25,990 bases of DNA, from the IMG/VR virus record IMGVR_UViG_3300029224_000081, positions 1 through 25,990 of that record; one strand, 5' to 3'. The stretch comes from a virus. Lineage: Duplodnaviria > Caudoviricetes. This document shows, piece by piece, positions 24,657 through 25,990 of this stretch (position 1 is the stretch's first letter; the number at the start of each line of letters is the position of its first letter). A program made the position numbers and the translations under genes. The notes beneath the pieces are model-generated. The model was not told the origin of the DNA. It searched no databases and saw nothing but the letters and a program-made list of their open reading frames with translations.

Positions 24657-25773
24657 CCTCCGCACTCTGGAAGATTTGCGTGGCAGTGAGCCGCCGCAGT
24701 TTTTTGATACCGATCAGGTTGCCATCAAGGCAAGGCTGGTTGCGAAGTTCGAGGCCGACACAGACAAGACGCTGTTTGAAGGCCAGCCCGAAATGTTCAT
24801 GATCGAGACAATGGCCTATGCGCTTTCTATCCGCTCTGAAGGCGAACAAAATGCGGTGTTGCAAAATACCATAGCCTGGTCGCAAGGCCGCCACGTGGAA
24901 GATTTGGCCACCAACGTCTCGATCTATCGCCTGTTGCCGCAATCAGCCGTCACCACTTTAAAATTTACCCTTGAAAACGCCGCTGGCACAGATACCAACA
25001 TTGCAGCCGGGGTGCGCATGTCAGGTGCCGGGCAGACCTTTGCGCTTGATGGGGATGTGATCATTGAAGCTGGAGCGCTGGAAGCCAGCGGTTTGGCACG
25101 TGCGGTTGAGGCCGGGGCGCTGGCAAATGACCTGCAGCCCTTTGTCATCAATGTGCCGGTTGATGTTTTGCCAAGCGGTGTCACCGGCTATAATACGACG
25201 GTTACTTCTGCCGGTTCTGACATTGAAGATATCGAACGCTTTCGTGGCCGCGCCGCTAACGGTAATTTCCGCATCACCAAAGCAGGCACCCGTAACGGTT
25301 ATCGCGAACGCGTTAAAGGTGTAAATCCGGAAATCACTGATGTGGGCGTTGTTCGCCCCCAGCCCGGCTATATCGATATTTATCCATTGATGACAACCGG
25401 CCTGCCCAGTGCAGAGATCAAATCACTGGTACTGGCCGTTCTTGATCCCGAAGACGATGTGCCCATGGGTGATTTTGTCACAATCAAAGACCCGATCCCG
25501 GTGACCTTTGATTTTACCGTCATTGTCCGTATTGATGCAGCTGACACAGCTGTGGAAGCCACCACCCAGGCAAAAGTCGAGACAATATTTAAAAGCTGGT
25601 CAACAACCATGGGTGTCCGGGTATCACCATCTGTGATTATCAGTGAAATTCGCACCCTTGCCGGGGTCATTGACGTTGAAGTTACCGGCCTTGATTATAC
25701 CGATCTGGACGCGACAGAATTTGCAGTATTGGGCGTGCTTACCCTTGACGTGCAGGTGACCCCTGATGTCTGA
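24649..25773 (+). CDS. baseplate J / gp47 family protein
   Basis: TTG start after GGAGGTG; P.F..TD, GQPE, G.D.ED.E.FR.R, AG...GY, PMGD.V. Confidence 0.92.
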   Translation: MSNLRTLEDLRGSEPPQFFDTDQVAIKARLVAKFEADTDKTLFEGQPEMFMIETMAYALSIRSEGEQNAVLQNTIAWSQGRHVEDLATNVSIYRLLPQSAVTTLKFTLENAAGTDTNIAAGVRMSGAGQTFALDGDVIIEAGALEASGLARAVEAGALANDLQPFVINVPVDVLPSGVTGYNTTVTSAGSDIEDIERFRGRAANGNFRITKAGTRNGYRERVKGVNPEITDVGVVRPQPGYIDIYPLMTTGLPSAEIKSLVLAVLDPEDDVPMGDFVTIKDPIPVTFDFTVIVRIDAADTAVEATTQAKVETIFKSWSTTMGVRVSPSVIISEIRTLAGVIDVEVTGLDYTDLDATEFAVLGVLTLDVQVTPDV

Positions 25774-25990
25774 TCCGTTCATTCCTTCAAACATTATCCC
25801 ACCGGGGATCAATGACGAACGAAGCCGGGCGTTCATACAGGCTTTTTCTGACGAGCTTGAAGCCGTCGACCTAAACCGCCTGTTGGTTCAAAATGCTCTA
25901 ACGGTTGATGAGCGCCTTTTACCGGCAATGGCCGTTGCCCGTGCCATGACAGATTTTATTGTGCCCAACATGCGTGTTGATCTGGTTCGA
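25766..25990 (+). CDS. phage tail protein I (P2 I-like), 3' partial
   Basis: ATG 25766 overlaps the end of J; MSDPFIPSNIIPPGINDERSRAF...VDERLLPAMA is open to the window edge; follows W and J. Confidence 0.78.
   Translation, partial: MSDPFIPSNIIPPGINDERSRAFIQAFSDELEAVDLNRLLVQNALTVDERLLPAMAVARAMTDFIVPNMRVDLVR

Larger units (their letters stand above)
1..25990 (+). mobile_element. Mu-like transposable (pro)phage, middle/late region, Mu-type head with P2-like contractile tail; both ends lie outside the window
   Basis: Mu-signature genes (DUF3164, GemA, Mor/C, DUF1804, DUF935 portal, MuF, G, I, gp36, gp37) in Mu order, tightly packed with ATGA/TAATG overlaps. Confidence 0.95.

Noticed and set aside
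1-25990. CRISPR array, rRNA, IS element, reverse transcriptase/DGR, invertase, Mu ends
   Set aside because: None seen by eye; transposase, repressor, tail fibre and termini would lie outside this window.

Overview
The whole window is the middle and late region of a Mu-like (transposable) phage or prophage, probably from an alphaproteobacterial host (inference). Almost all genes lie on the + strand. The order is: late early/middle genes (DnaA-domain-IV-like HTH, DUF3164, DUF3310, GemA); an inverted secreted-protein moron; a P1 immI-like C4 antisense RNA / icd-like / antirepressor cassette; a Mor/C activator; the lysis genes; a Mu-type head module (DUF1804, TerL, DUF935 portal, MuF with a C-terminal PBECR2-like nuclease, G, I/Z protease-scaffold, DUF2190, capsid, gp36, gp37); and a P2-like contractile tail (sheath, tube, E/E', tape measure, U, X, D, V, W, J, partial I). 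Four things stand out. (1) A ~75-nt minus-strand RNA with its own promoter and terminator sits right behind the MuF-nuclease gene, where an immunity gene would be expected, and is a candidate RNA antitoxin. (2) An A9 run at the portal 3' end opens a -1 frame that would fuse portal to MuF-nuclease. (3) A complete C4 antisense circuit, with an attenuator, can be read from the sequence. (4) A GGAA-N3-TTCC motif occurs three times at likely late promoters. All family names come from recognising motifs and gene order by eye; no database search was run.
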